Shown one piece after another: positions 17,758-27,514 of a stretch of DNA of 63,157 nucleotides (position 1 is its first letter; each line of letters starts with the position of its first letter). The stretch comes from Eubacteriales bacterium (GTDB lineage Bacteria > Bacillota > Clostridia > Oscillospirales > CAG-272), in NCBI GenBank assembly GCA_045544735.1, contig JAZPZM010000172.1, forward strand, positions 1 to 63,157. The letters run 5' to 3'. Under the pieces are notes generated by a model that saw only the letters and a list, made by a program, of their open reading frames with translations, had not been told where the DNA came from and made no database searches. A program made the translations under genes and the position numbers.

Positions 17758-17794
17758 ATGGGACGTTGCATTCGTGCAGCGTCCCATGCTTTTT
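17758..17794 (+). terminator. Terminator-like hairpin inside the dcw cluster, between ftsL and the PBP gene
   Basis: ATGGGACGTTGCA-TTCG-TGCAGCGTCCCAT followed by GCTTTTT. Confidence 0.6.
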
Positions 17795-17808
17795 GAAATG
17801 AGAGGATC

Positions 17809-20055
17809 ATGCGCAGAACAAAGATAAGTACGGGACTTACGTTGCGCTCATATTTGGTTTTTTTGGTAATTATCGCAGGCTTTATTGCCCTTGCGATCAG
17901 AGTTTTCTGTCTGCAAACGATAAACTTTGATTATTATCAAAAAAAGGTTGTGGATCAGCTTACGACGGAATCCACGATAAGCTCGGAGCGCGGCAGTATA
18001 TATGATGCAAGCGGTGAGGTTCTTGCTACCAACGTTACCTCTTACCGCATTTTTATTTCTCCATCGAGCATACAAACAGCTATTAATAATGGCAAAACGG
18101 GGCTTGATGAATTCATCAGCCGCGGGCTTTGTGAGATTCTTGGGACCGATTACGATACGGTTTATGCCCTTACGCAGAAAAAGGGAAGTCTTGACGCAAC
18201 GGTAATGCGTGACGCGGATGACGAAAGTGCCGATAAAGTGCTTGATTTTATTGCGAAAAATTCGCTTTCCAACGTTTTATACGTTGAGGCACAAAGTAAG
18301 AGATATTACAAGCACGGCGACATTGCTACGCACGTTCTCGGATTTACGGGCGCGGACGGAAAAGGTCTTTACGGACTTGAATATTTTTATAATAAGGAGC
18401 TTGCGGGCATTCCGGGCAAATACATCACGGCGCGTGATTCCTACGGAAACGAGATGCCCTATGAGTATCAAAGCTATATCGAGGCGGTGGACGGCTACGA
18501 TCTTCACACCACCATCGACGTAAAGATTCAGGCAATACTTGAGGAGCAGCTTAAAGCAACCTTTGAGGAATCGGCATCGCAGGCGGGCGTTTGCGGAATA
18601 GTAATGAACGTGAACACGGGCGCGGTGCTTGGTATGGCGACGTACCCCGACTTTAATAACAACAGCGCGTGGACGCTTTCGGATTTCTATCAGGCTCAGC
18701 TTGATGCGTCGGGACTTGCGACGAGCAGTAAGGAATACTCAAAGCTCAAAGCCTCTCTGCTTCAAAAAATGTGGCAGAATAAATCCATTACCGACACCTA
18801 TATCCCAGGCTCGACCTTTAAGATAATAACCTCGGCTATGGGACTTGAAACGGGGCTCGTTTCAACGGGTGAGAGCTTCACCTGTACGGGCTCGCACAAG
18901 GTTGCCACGGAAACGATAAAGTGCCACAAAAAGGGCGGACACGGTCTGCTTACCTTCGCGCAGGGCTTACAGCAATCCTGCAACCCCATAATGATGATCG
19001 TGGGCGGCAGAGTTGGTACGGATACCTTCTATCAATACGTTAAGAATTTTGGATATCTTGAGCGCACGGGAATTGACCTTCCGGGTGAGGCGCGCGGAAT
19101 ATTCTATAACGAAAACAGCTTTGGCATAGTCGACCTTGCCGTTTCGTCATTCGGTCAGAACTTCAAGGTCAACGTTATTCAGCATCTTACCGCGATATCC
19201 GCTATCGCAAACGGCGGTAAGCTCGTCTCCCCGTATCTCGTCGATTCAATGACGGATGCCGACGGAAAGACGGTCTGGGAGCACGGCGTAAGCGTTCGCC
19301 GTCAGGTGGTAAGCTCCTCCGTGTGCGAAACGGTTTCTTCCATTCTTGAGGAGGGCGTTTCGGGCAACGGCGGTGCGAAGAACGCGTACGTTGCGGGCTA
19401 TCGCGTGGCGGCAAAAACGGGAACGTCCGAGAAGATCGGTGACGCAAGCGATATGAGAATAGGCTCTTGCGTGGCTTTTGCTCCCGCTGACGACCCCGAA
19501 ATTGCTATCATCATCGTAGTTGACGAGCCTACCGTGGGAACTCGCTACGGTAGCGTGGTCGCCGCACCTTATATTGCAAACTGCCTTGAGCAGATGCTTC
19601 CTTACCTCGGAGTCGAGGCGGTCTACACCGACGAGGAGGCGGCAAAGCTTGAGGTTGAGATCCCCGACTTCGCGGGCGAGGTCTCGTACACCGCACAGTC
19701 AAAGCTCAGCAAGCTCGGACTTGATTGCGAGATAGTGGGCGTTGGAACGATAGTTACCGCGCAAGTTCCCGCGGCAGGCACGATGCTTGGCAAAGATACG
19801 GGCAAGGTCATTCTCTACGTGGGTGACGCCGCGCCCGAAGAAAATATAAAAGTTCCCGACGTTGTCGGAATGTCGGCAAGTGCCGCCAATAAGGTGCTTA
19901 TCAACGCGGGACTTAATATCAGCGTAAAGGGCTCGTACAACCACGGAACAGGCGCAGGACCTGAGGTTATCGAGCAATTCCCCGCGGCGGGTACCGTCGT
20001 GGGCAAGGGAGACGTCGTAACGGTCACGTTCCGATATCTCGATATAACGGATTAA
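17809..20055 (+). CDS. Class B penicillin-binding protein (FtsI/SpoVD type) with two C-terminal PASTA domains
   Basis: N-terminal TM and dimerisation domain. Transpeptidase motifs 'STFK' (GSTFKIIT), 'SCN' (QQSCNP) and 'KTGT' (AAKTGTSE). Two PASTA repeats ('IPDFAGEVSY...', 'VPDVVGMSAS...'). Confidence 0.95.
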   Translation: MRRTKISTGLTLRSYLVFLVIIAGFIALAIRVFCLQTINFDYYQKKVVDQLTTESTISSERGSIYDASGEVLATNVTSYRIFISPSSIQTAINNGKTGLDEFISRGLCEILGTDYDTVYALTQKKGSLDATVMRDADDESADKVLDFIAKNSLSNVLYVEAQSKRYYKHGDIATHVLGFTGADGKGLYGLEYFYNKELAGIPGKYITARDSYGNEMPYEYQSYIEAVDGYDLHTTIDVKIQAILEEQLKATFEESASQAGVCGIVMNVNTGAVLGMATYPDFNNNSAWTLSDFYQAQLDASGLATSSKEYSKLKASLLQKMWQNKSITDTYIPGSTFKIITSAMGLETGLVSTGESFTCTGSHKVATETIKCHKKGGHGLLTFAQGLQQSCNPIMMIVGGRVGTDTFYQYVKNFGYLERTGIDLPGEARGIFYNENSFGIVDLAVSSFGQNFKVNVIQHLTAISAIANGGKLVSPYLVDSMTDADGKTVWEHGVSVRRQVVSSSVCETVSSILEEGVSGNGGAKNAYVAGYRVAAKTGTSEKIGDASDMRIGSCVAFAPADDPEIAIIIVVDEPTVGTRYGSVVAAPYIANCLEQMLPYLGVEAVYTDEEAAKLEVEIPDFAGEVSYTAQSKLSKLGLDCEIVGVGTIVTAQVPAAGTMLGKDTGKVILYVGDAAPEENIKVPDVVGMSASAANKVLINAGLNISVKGSYNHGTGAGPEVIEQFPAAGTVVGKGDVVTVTFRYLDITD

Positions 20056-20214
20056 CGTTTATCCCTGACCTCGTCGGGTGTGCGTGAATTATTGTTCGTG
20101 TGCATTCGAGGCCGTGTATAATAAAGTGCCACCCGACGGGGTCCGTCCTTTTCAGCATACCGAATGCGCTTCGGCGTGCGTGATACCCGCATATTTGAAA
20201 GGAAAAAACATAAA

Positions 20215-21636
20215 ATGAAGGTCAGTTTCGGCAATAAGCCTTTGAAGATATCCCAAATAGCCGAAATGTGCGGCGGAAGTCTGTATCGTGACTTCGGCGG
20301 CGACGATGAGATAAAGCATATTTGTACCGATTCACGAGAGGCAGAGAAGAACTGCCTTTTCCTTGCTATAAGAGGAGAAAAGGTTGACGGTCATAATTAT
20401 ATAAACAAGGCGGCAGAGCTTGGCGCGGCGTGTGCCATAGCCGAGCGCGCCGTTGAGGGAGTTGAAATTCCGCTTATAATCGTTGATGATACCCTTGCGG
20501 CTATCGCGGCGCTTTCCACGGCGTACGCCGAGGAGTACCACGGCGACGTGCGCAAGGTTGCCGTTACGGGAAGCGTGGGAAAGACCACGGCGAAGGAAAT
20601 GATAGCGGCGGTTCTCGGCGCAAGTCACAAGCTATACAAGAGCGGCGGAAATTACAACAGTACCATTGGTATGCCACTCTCACAGCTTGAAATTACGTCC
20701 GACACGGAGTTTGCCGTGCTTGAAATGGGAATGTCGCAGGCGGGTGAGATATCCGTAATGTCTCGCTGTGCGCGCCCCGACGCAGCCGTCATAACGAACA
20801 TAGGAACGTCACATATCGAATTTTTTGATTCCCGCGCGGGCATAGCCTCGGCAAAGCTTGAGGTGATGGAGGGGCTTTCAAAGGACGGTCTGCTCCTGCT
20901 TTGCGGCGGCGAACCGCTTCTTTCCGAGGTCGGCTCGTGGGATGGCAGAGTCAAGTATTACGCCGCTTGCGGCGACGTTGATATCCACGCCGAGAATATT
21001 TCAACGGCGGATGGAAAAACGGTTTTTGACGCCGTGGTTTGCGGCAAGCGGATAAATGCAGTAGAGATTTTCGCCATAGGCAAGCACAACGTCCACGCGG
21101 CGCTTTCTGCCATCGGAGTGGCGATGCATTTCGGTATCAGCGAGGCGGATATACGCGGCGGGCTTCTTAACTACCGTACGGTCGGAATGCGCCAGCAGAT
21201 ATTTGAGGTCGGCGGCGTTACGCTGATAAACGATTGCTACAACGCAAGCCCCGAATCAATGCGCGCGGCAGCCGAGGTGCTTTCAACTCTTGCTGCCGAA
21301 AAGGGCGGAAGAAAAATTGCGCTTCTCGGTGATATGCTGGAGCTTGGCGATTTTTCAAGTGACCTCCACTACTCGGTCGGCGAGCATTTTGGCGCTTTGG
21401 GTGTGAGACTTTTTACATTCGGCGAGAGCGCAGAGCGTATTGCTGACGGCGCGGCAAAGCGTTTGAGTGCGGATATGGTAACTCGCTCGCGCACCACCAC
21501 CGACGAGGATGCGGCGAGGGTAGCCGCGCTCATCGCAAGCGAAGCGTCGGCGGGTGATTGCATACTTATAAAAGCAAGCAGAAGAATAGCGGCTGAAAGA
21601 GTAAGCGCAGCGCTGACGGATATTTTAGGTAAATAA
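20215..21636 (+). CDS. murF: UDP-N-acetylmuramoyl-tripeptide--D-alanyl-D-alanine ligase
   Basis: 'VAVTGSVGKTTAKEM' P-loop, 'NIGTSHIEFF' and 'DCYNASPESM'. Start at MKVSFG (20215). Confidence 0.9.
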   Translation: MKVSFGNKPLKISQIAEMCGGSLYRDFGGDDEIKHICTDSREAEKNCLFLAIRGEKVDGHNYINKAAELGAACAIAERAVEGVEIPLIIVDDTLAAIAALSTAYAEEYHGDVRKVAVTGSVGKTTAKEMIAAVLGASHKLYKSGGNYNSTIGMPLSQLEITSDTEFAVLEMGMSQAGEISVMSRCARPDAAVITNIGTSHIEFFDSRAGIASAKLEVMEGLSKDGLLLLCGGEPLLSEVGSWDGRVKYYAACGDVDIHAENISTADGKTVFDAVVCGKRINAVEIFAIGKHNVHAALSAIGVAMHFGISEADIRGGLLNYRTVGMRQQIFEVGGVTLINDCYNASPESMRAAAEVLSTLAAEKGGRKIALLGDMLELGDFSSDLHYSVGEHFGALGVRLFTFGESAERIADGAAKRLSADMVTRSRTTTDEDAARVAALIASEASAGDCILIKASRRIAAERVSAALTDILGK

Positions 21637-21657
21637 AGAAAAGGAGAAGAAAAGACA

Positions 21658-22659
21658 ATGAAGACGCGCATGCTTATTGAGTTTTTTTCAGTTGTTCTGG
21701 GAGTTTTCTTCGCCACTTGGTTGATATTACGAAAGCTTATCCCCGTACTTAAGAGCCGCAAGATAGGACAGAAGATATACGATATCGGTCCTCGCTGGCA
21801 CAAGGGTAAGGAGGGTACGCCTATTATGGGCGGACTCGGCTTTATCATCTCGTCCGTAATTGCCTTCGCGGCGCTTTTTGCGGTTTACGTTTACTACGGC
21901 AGGGCAGAGGAGCTTTACTCCGCCGCGCTGACGCTTATAATGGCTTTGCTAAACGCTCTAATCGGCTTTTTCGACGATTATACGAAGCTGATCAAAAAGC
22001 AAAATCAAGGCTTTAAGGCTTGGCAGAAATTCCTTCTCCAGCTCATCGTAGCGGCGGCGTATATCTGGGCTATGAGCGCTTGCGGATTTATGAGCACCGT
22101 GCTTTATATCCCGTATTTCGGAATAACCCTTGATCTTGGCGTGGCGTATTACCTGCTTGCAGTATTCCTTCTCACAGGAATGGTCAACGCGGTAAACCTC
22201 ACCGACGGCATCGACGGTCTTTCAAGCAGCGTTACCGCCGTCGTAGCGGTATTCTTCTCCGTATGCGCGTTCCACCTCGTTCGCCCCGAGCTTGCGGTGC
22301 TTCCCGCAACCGTCGTCGGCGGCACGGTCGGATTTCTTATGTATAATTTCTACCCCGCAAAGATATTTATGGGCGACACGGGTTCGCTCTATCTTGGCGG
22401 AATGGTAGTGGGAATGGCGTTTATGCTTGGCAATCCCCTCATCATCGTGGTGGCGGGCATTATCTACATCGTCGAGGTGCTGTCCGACATTCTTCAGGTC
22501 GGCTACTTCAAGATAAGCCACGGTAAGCGCATTTTCAAGATGGCACCCATCCACCATCACTTTGAAAAGTGCGGTTGGAGCGAGGTCAAGATAGTTTTAG
22601 TATTTACCGCAGTAACTATCGTTGCTTGCGTGGCGGCATTTTTCGGTATTCAAGTATAA
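21658..22659 (+). CDS. mraY: Phospho-N-acetylmuramoyl-pentapeptide transferase
   Basis: 'NAVNLTDGIDGL', 'GDTGSLYLGG' and 'MAPIHHHFE'. Confidence 0.95.
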   Translation: MKTRMLIEFFSVVLGVFFATWLILRKLIPVLKSRKIGQKIYDIGPRWHKGKEGTPIMGGLGFIISSVIAFAALFAVYVYYGRAEELYSAALTLIMALLNALIGFFDDYTKLIKKQNQGFKAWQKFLLQLIVAAAYIWAMSACGFMSTVLYIPYFGITLDLGVAYYLLAVFLLTGMVNAVNLTDGIDGLSSSVTAVVAVFFSVCAFHLVRPELAVLPATVVGGTVGFLMYNFYPAKIFMGDTGSLYLGGMVVGMAFMLGNPLIIVVAGIIYIVEVLSDILQVGYFKISHGKRIFKMAPIHHHFEKCGWSEVKIVLVFTAVTIVACVAAFFGIQV

Positions 22660-22680
22660 TAAAACGTATGGAGGCGTCGT

Positions 22681-23907
22681 GTGAATATGGCAAATAAGAT
22701 AATAGAATTTATGCGACGCAAAAAGGGCGGAAACAAGATGCTTAGCGATTATACGCATCAGGAAATGCCTACCGAAAACGGCAACGTGCTGATGGTTCGC
22801 ACCCGCCCCGATACCGTATTTTTGGTCCTTACGGTGATACTCGTTCTCATCGGAACGATAATGTCCTTCAGCGCAAGCACGGCTTATGCCGAGAAGCTGA
22901 GCGGTAATAGCTTTTCGTTCCTTACCGAGCATTTGAGGCATCTGCTTATAGCGTCCGTCGTAGCGGCACTTGCGACGTTTATAGTAACTCCGCAGCTTGC
23001 AAGGCTTGCGGCGGTCGGTGTTTACGCGCTTTCCATAGTGCTGCTTGTAGCGGTGCTTGTGGTCGGAATTACGGGAGGAGGCGCGCGCCGTTGGCTGAAC
23101 CTCGGCTTTTTCACCTTCCAACCGTCCGAGCTTGCAAAAACGGGCATCATAATGCTTCTTGCGCTTTATATGACGAAGCACGAGGATGCGGTAATGAGCC
23201 GTGGCTTTAACCGACGCTCGATAGTACACGGCTTCCTCGTTCCTGCGGCTATTATCGGACTTGTCTGCGTGCTTGTGGGACTTGAAAAGCATTTTTCGGG
23301 AATTATCATCATCGGCTGTATCGGCGTTGCGATGATGTTTATAAGCGGAACTAATTTTCTTTATTTCGTTTCATGCATTCCCGTTGCGGGTCTACTCGGC
23401 TTTCTCATTATGAAAACGGGATATGCAAGCGCCCGAGTTAATAGCTGGCTCAACAGAGGAGCAGACGCGCTCGGAAGCGACTGGCAGACCACGCAGGGGC
23501 TTTACGCCATCGGTACGGGCGGACTTTTCGGACTCGGTCTTGGAAACTCAAGGCTTAAATACGGTTACGTTTCACAGCCGCAAAACGATTTCGTTTTTAC
23601 GGTAGTGTGCGAGGAGCTCGGCTTCTTCGGAGCTATGGCGATTCTGATACTTTTCCTTGCGCTCGTGTGGCGTGGATTCATTCTCGCGGCGCACGCGGCA
23701 GATAAATTCTGCTCACTCGTTATATTCGGACTTTCCTTCAAGCTCGCCGTTCACGTTCTTTTGAACATTGGCGTAGTTACGGGCGTGCTTCCCAACACGG
23801 GCGTTGCCCTTCCTTTCTTCAGCAGCGGCGGAAGTGCTACGTTGATACAGCTTTTTGACGCGGGAATAATACTTGGACTTTCGCGCTTCTGCACGCAGAA
23901 GCAGTAA
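22681..23907 (+). CDS. ftsW: SEDS-family peptidoglycan polymerase (FtsW/SpoVE)
   Basis: 'FQPSELAK', 'SQPQNDFVFTVVCEELGF' and 'PNTGVALPFFSSGGS'. GTG 22681 lies 6 nt after GGAGG; ATG 22687 is an alternative start. Confidence 0.9.
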   Translation: MNMANKIIEFMRRKKGGNKMLSDYTHQEMPTENGNVLMVRTRPDTVFLVLTVILVLIGTIMSFSASTAYAEKLSGNSFSFLTEHLRHLLIASVVAALATFIVTPQLARLAAVGVYALSIVLLVAVLVVGITGGGARRWLNLGFFTFQPSELAKTGIIMLLALYMTKHEDAVMSRGFNRRSIVHGFLVPAAIIGLVCVLVGLEKHFSGIIIIGCIGVAMMFISGTNFLYFVSCIPVAGLLGFLIMKTGYASARVNSWLNRGADALGSDWQTTQGLYAIGTGGLFGLGLGNSRLKYGYVSQPQNDFVFTVVCEELGFFGAMAILILFLALVWRGFILAAHAADKFCSLVIFGLSFKLAVHVLLNIGVVTGVLPNTGVALPFFSSGGSATLIQLFDAGIILGLSRFCTQKQ

Positions 23908-23922
23908 AGTGGCGGAGTAATT

Positions 23923-25053
23923 ATGAGAATTTTGATGACGGGCGGTGGCACGGGCGGTCACGTTAATCCTGCCCTTGCTATTGCAAACACAATAAAAGAA
24001 AATATACCCGATGCAGAGATAGCCTTTGCGGGAACGAAGCGAGGAATCGAAAACAGCCTCGTCCCGAAGGCGGGATATCCGCTGTATCACTTAAACGTGC
24101 GCGGCTTTTGGCGAAAGCTGACGTGGAAAAACATCAGGGCGGCGTATCTTGCGCTCGTTTCGCCGATGTACGCGGGAAAGCTTATAAAGAGCTTTAAGCC
24201 CGATGCCGTTATAGGCACGGGCGGATACGCTTGCTGGCCCGTGCTGATGGCGGCGGCAAAGCGGGGAATACCCACCGCGGTGCATGAGTCGAATGCAGTT
24301 CCGGGGCTTGCAGTACGCAAGCTTGCGCCCTACGTTGACAGGATATTCGTTAATTTTTCAGCCGTGGCAGACCACGTTGGCTGTCCCGAAAAGGTTATGC
24401 GCGTCGGATGCCCGATGCTGAATATGAGCAAACCCATAAGCCGCGCGGAAGCGCGCGCAAGGCTTGATATTCCAAAGGATTGCAAGCACTACGTTCTCTC
24501 CTTCGGCGGAAGCCTCGGCGCGTCCCGAATGAACGAGGCGGCGCTTGAGCTGACACGCGACCTTATATCACGCCGCAAGGACGTTATCCTGATACACGCT
24601 TGCGGCTCACTTGGATACGAGCAAACGCGCGAGGCGTTTGAAAGGGCAGGGCTTCTTGACCTACCGAACCTTCGCCTTGTTGAGTATATATACGATATGC
24701 CCGTGCAAATGGCGGCGGCTGACGTGGTTATATGCAGGGCGGGCGCTATGACGCTGTCCGAGCTTGCAAATCAAGGCAAGGCGGCAGTTCTTATCCCCTC
24801 GCCAAACGTTACCGACGATCAGCAATATAAAAACGCCAAGGTCCTCGCCGACGCGGGCGCGGCACTTCTGATAAGGGAGTCCGAGCTTGAGGCGGGCAGA
24901 ATAGGCAAGGAAATAGAGCGTCTGATATGCGAGCCGTATAGGCTTGAGGAAATGCGGCGCAATATAAAGGGCTTTGCCGCAGAGGATGCCAACGCCGTTA
25001 TCTTCGACGAGATAATGCGACTTATCAAGGAAAGAGAGGCCGCAGGGAAGTAA
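23923..25053 (+). CDS. murG: UDP-N-acetylglucosamine--N-acetylmuramyl-(pentapeptide) pyrophosphoryl-undecaprenol GlcNAc transferase
   Basis: 'GGGTGGHVNPALAIA', 'GTGGYACWP' and 'RAGAMTLSELA'. Confidence 0.95.
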   Translation: MRILMTGGGTGGHVNPALAIANTIKENIPDAEIAFAGTKRGIENSLVPKAGYPLYHLNVRGFWRKLTWKNIRAAYLALVSPMYAGKLIKSFKPDAVIGTGGYACWPVLMAAAKRGIPTAVHESNAVPGLAVRKLAPYVDRIFVNFSAVADHVGCPEKVMRVGCPMLNMSKPISRAEARARLDIPKDCKHYVLSFGGSLGASRMNEAALELTRDLISRRKDVILIHACGSLGYEQTREAFERAGLLDLPNLRLVEYIYDMPVQMAAADVVICRAGAMTLSELANQGKAAVLIPSPNVTDDQQYKNAKVLADAGAALLIRESELEAGRIGKEIERLICEPYRLEEMRRNIKGFAAEDANAVIFDEIMRLIKEREAAGK

Positions 25054-25054
25054 G

Positions 25055-26029
25055 ATGAACGATGATAACAAAAAGGTCGGAGGGGAAAAAGCTCCCAACG
25101 AAAAGCCAAGGTACGTAAGGCAGTACGTTATGCATAAGCGGCATAAGCGAACGTATGGGGATTCAAGACCCGAGCCGATTTTTACCCAACCTGAAATAAT
25201 GGAAAAGCCGACGAACACGGAGGAACAAATCGCCAAGGAGCTTGCCGAAAAGCAAAAAAAGCAAAAGGCTAAAAAACTGCTGTTTCTTTGCATAATAGCC
25301 TTTATTCTCGTGCTTTTGTACCCGCTTTTCAGGCTCGTTTCCAACGTTTTCGTTATAAACGAGGTAATAATCGAGGGCGATTGTCCCTACAGCGCAGAGG
25401 AGCTTCTTGCGGCTTCGGGGCTTGTGCAGGGCGGCGACCTTTTCGGCAACGATTACGACGAGGCGGCGCAACGGGCGCTCCAAAAGCTTCCGTATCTGCG
25501 CTCGTGCAAGCTGGAGTCGAAGCTGCCAAACAAGGTTGTTTTCACCGTGGTTTCGGGTGACGCGGTCATTTATACCGAGGTCGCGGGCGAGTATTACGCG
25601 CTTTCAGCCGCGTTGCGAGTGCTTGAAAGGAGTAGCGAGCCGACAGCCTTCATAGCAAGCGGACTTGTGTACGCATCAATGCCGCCGATGGCAGTAAGCC
25701 TTGTCGGTGAGCACGTAAAGCTATCGGGCGGTCGTGACGGCTCTTATATAACCGAGCTTCTTGATGCTCTCGCCGACTCTGACCTCAACGGGCGCGTCAG
25801 CAGAATTTTCTTTGAGGAAAAATTCGACATAGTGATAAGCGTAGACGCGCGATTTCGCGTCAAGCTCGGCGGTCCAGAAGATATGACGCTTAAGCTCCAC
25901 GCGGCGACAAGAGTTATAGAGGAATGCGGATTTGCGCTTGAGGAAAAGGGAATTATCGATGTAAGCGATCCCCAAAGACCTACGTCGCTAAAAAAGAACG
26001 ACGTGGATATAAATTCACGCCGTGACTAA
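25055..26029 (+). CDS. ftsQ: Cell-division protein FtsQ/DivIB (POTRA domain)
   Basis: Lys/Glu-rich cytoplasmic head, one TM ('LLFLCIIAFILVLLYPLF'), then a POTRA-like 'VINEVIIEGDCPYSAEELLAASGL...LPYLRSCKLESKLPNKVVFTV'. Confidence 0.8.
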   Translation: MNDDNKKVGGEKAPNEKPRYVRQYVMHKRHKRTYGDSRPEPIFTQPEIMEKPTNTEEQIAKELAEKQKKQKAKKLLFLCIIAFILVLLYPLFRLVSNVFVINEVIIEGDCPYSAEELLAASGLVQGGDLFGNDYDEAAQRALQKLPYLRSCKLESKLPNKVVFTVVSGDAVIYTEVAGEYYALSAALRVLERSSEPTAFIASGLVYASMPPMAVSLVGEHVKLSGGRDGSYITELLDALADSDLNGRVSRIFFEEKFDIVISVDARFRVKLGGPEDMTLKLHAATRVIEECGFALEEKGIIDVSDPQRPTSLKKNDVDINSRRD

Positions 26030-26167
26030 ATCGTTAAAAAAGATATAATTTTATCAAAACCACTTGAAAATCAAAATAAAAAAAGGTATTATATATATAG
26101 TATATATCTTTAATAAATAAAAGTCGCAAAGCGACGTCTTGATATTAAAATATGGAGGAATTTGAAA

Positions 26168-27466
26168 ATGGCATTTGAAAGAGATGAATTAGTTGAAAGC
26201 GGTGTAAATATAAAGGTCGTCGGTGTCGGCGGCGGTGGAAATAACGCCGTAAACAGAATGATAAGCACTAATATCCGCGGTGTTGAGTTTATTGCTATCA
26301 ACACCGATAGCATGGCACTTCGCGTGTCCAGTGCGCCTAATCAGATAGTTATCGGTGAGAAGATAACCAAGGGACACGGCGCAGGCGCAAACCCCGAGAT
26401 CGGTCAGCGCGCCGCAGAGGAAAATGCCGACGAGATAAGAGCGGCTATTGCGGGCGCGGATATGGTATTTATCGCAACGGGTATGGGCGGCGGAACGGGT
26501 ACGGGTGCCGCTCCCGTAGTTGCAAGAATAGCGCACGAGATGGATATCCTTACCGTTGCTATCGTTACCAAGCCCTTCCTTTTCGAGGGTCGCCGCCGTA
26601 TGCTTCAGGCGGAGAAGGGCATTGAGGAGCTCAGCCAGTTCGTTGACTCCCTCGTTATCATCCCCAACGAAAGACTTAAGCAGGTGTCCGAAACAAGGAT
26701 AACCCTTTACAACGCATTTGAGATAGCCGACGACGTTCTCCGTCGCGGCGTACAGAGCATTTCCGAGCTTATCAACGTTCCCGGATTTATCAACCTCGAC
26801 TTTGCAGACGTTACGTCCGTAATGCAGAATGCGGGCTACGCTCATATGGGCGTTGGTAGCGCTACCGGCAAGGATAAAGCAGATATTGCCGCAAAAGCCG
26901 CGATCTCAAGCCCCCTGCTTGAGACCTCTATCAAGGGCGCTACGGGCATTCTCGTAAATATCACTATGTCCCCCGACGTAGGACTTGAGGATGCAGACCT
27001 CGCATCCTCCATCATCGCCGCCGAGGCTCATCCCGATGCAAACGTTATCTGGGGTGTTGCGTTCGATCCTAACCTTGACGATGAGATGAAGATAACCATT
27101 ATCGCTACTGGATTTGATAGCAACAATGCGTCTGCTACGCCCGATCCCCGTGCAAAGACGGCAAGAAATATTCCCATGCCTCCCTCCCGCAACGCTGCGC
27201 CTGCGCCCGCACCCGCACCCGCGCCTGCACCTGCGCCCGCGCCTGCACCCACTCCCGCGGTTGAGGCACAGCCCGCTCCTGCACCCGTAGCTCACACTCC
27301 TGCGCCCGCTCCCGCTCCTGCTCCTACACCCGTTCGTACTCCCACCCCCGCTCCCGCAATTCGCAACGATCACTACGATGACGTAGAGGGTGACGGATTT
27401 GACGAGATCATGACCATTCTCCGCAACAGAAAGAAGAGAGACGATTTCTCCGGCGGAAGAAGATAA
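26168..27466 (+). CDS. ftsZ: Cell-division GTPase FtsZ with a Pro-Ala repeat linker
   Basis: '[17 protein letters not shown]' and the tubulin signature '[13 protein letters not shown]'. ATG 26168 follows GGAGG. The C-terminal peptide is '[14 protein letters not shown]'. Confidence 0.95.
   Translation: MAFERDELVESGVNIKVVGVGGGGNNAVNRMISTNIRGVEFIAINTDSMALRVSSAPNQIVIGEKITKGHGAGANPEIGQRAAEENADEIRAAIAGADMVFIATGMGGGTGTGAAPVVARIAHEMDILTVAIVTKPFLFEGRRRMLQAEKGIEELSQFVDSLVIIPNERLKQVSETRITLYNAFEIADDVLRRGVQSISELINVPGFINLDFADVTSVMQNAGYAHMGVGSATGKDKADIAAKAAISSPLLETSIKGATGILVNITMSPDVGLEDADLASSIIAAEAHPDANVIWGVAFDPNLDDEMKITIIATGFDSNNASATPDPRAKTARNIPMPPSRNAAPAPAPAPAPAPAPAPAPTPAVEAQPAPAPVAHTPAPAPAPAPTPVRTPTPAPAIRNDHYDDVEGDGFDEIMTILRNRKKRDDFSGGRR
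27194..27357 (+). repeat. Degenerate GCN-CCN hexanucleotide repeat encoding the (Pro-Ala)n FtsZ linker
   Basis: Translates to '[55 protein letters not shown]'. Synonymous codons alternate (gcg/gca/gct, ccc/cct). Confidence 0.9.
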
Positions 27467-27480
27467 TAAAGTAAATAATA

Positions 27481-27513
27481 AAAAGCCGCTTTCCGCACGG
27501 AAAGCGTCTTTTT
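27481..27513. terminator. Bidirectional terminator between ftsZ and the convergent ABC operon
   Basis: AAAAAGC-CGCTTTCC-GCAC-GGAAAGCG-TCTTTTT. Confidence 0.85.
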
Positions 27514-27514
27514 A

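Noticed and set aside
20056-20214. pbp-murF spacer as a T-box or riboswitch
   Set aside because: It has some long-range pairing potential. However, it has no T-box, specifier or AGAGA elements, no terminator/antiterminator pair, and no known riboswitch core recognisable by eye. It is mentioned only inside the dcw finding.
27180-27365. Short-period GC-rich repeats as a CRISPR or other non-coding array
   Set aside because: The repeat period is 6 nt, and it lies in frame inside ftsZ, encoding Pro-Ala. There are no spacers and no cas genes.
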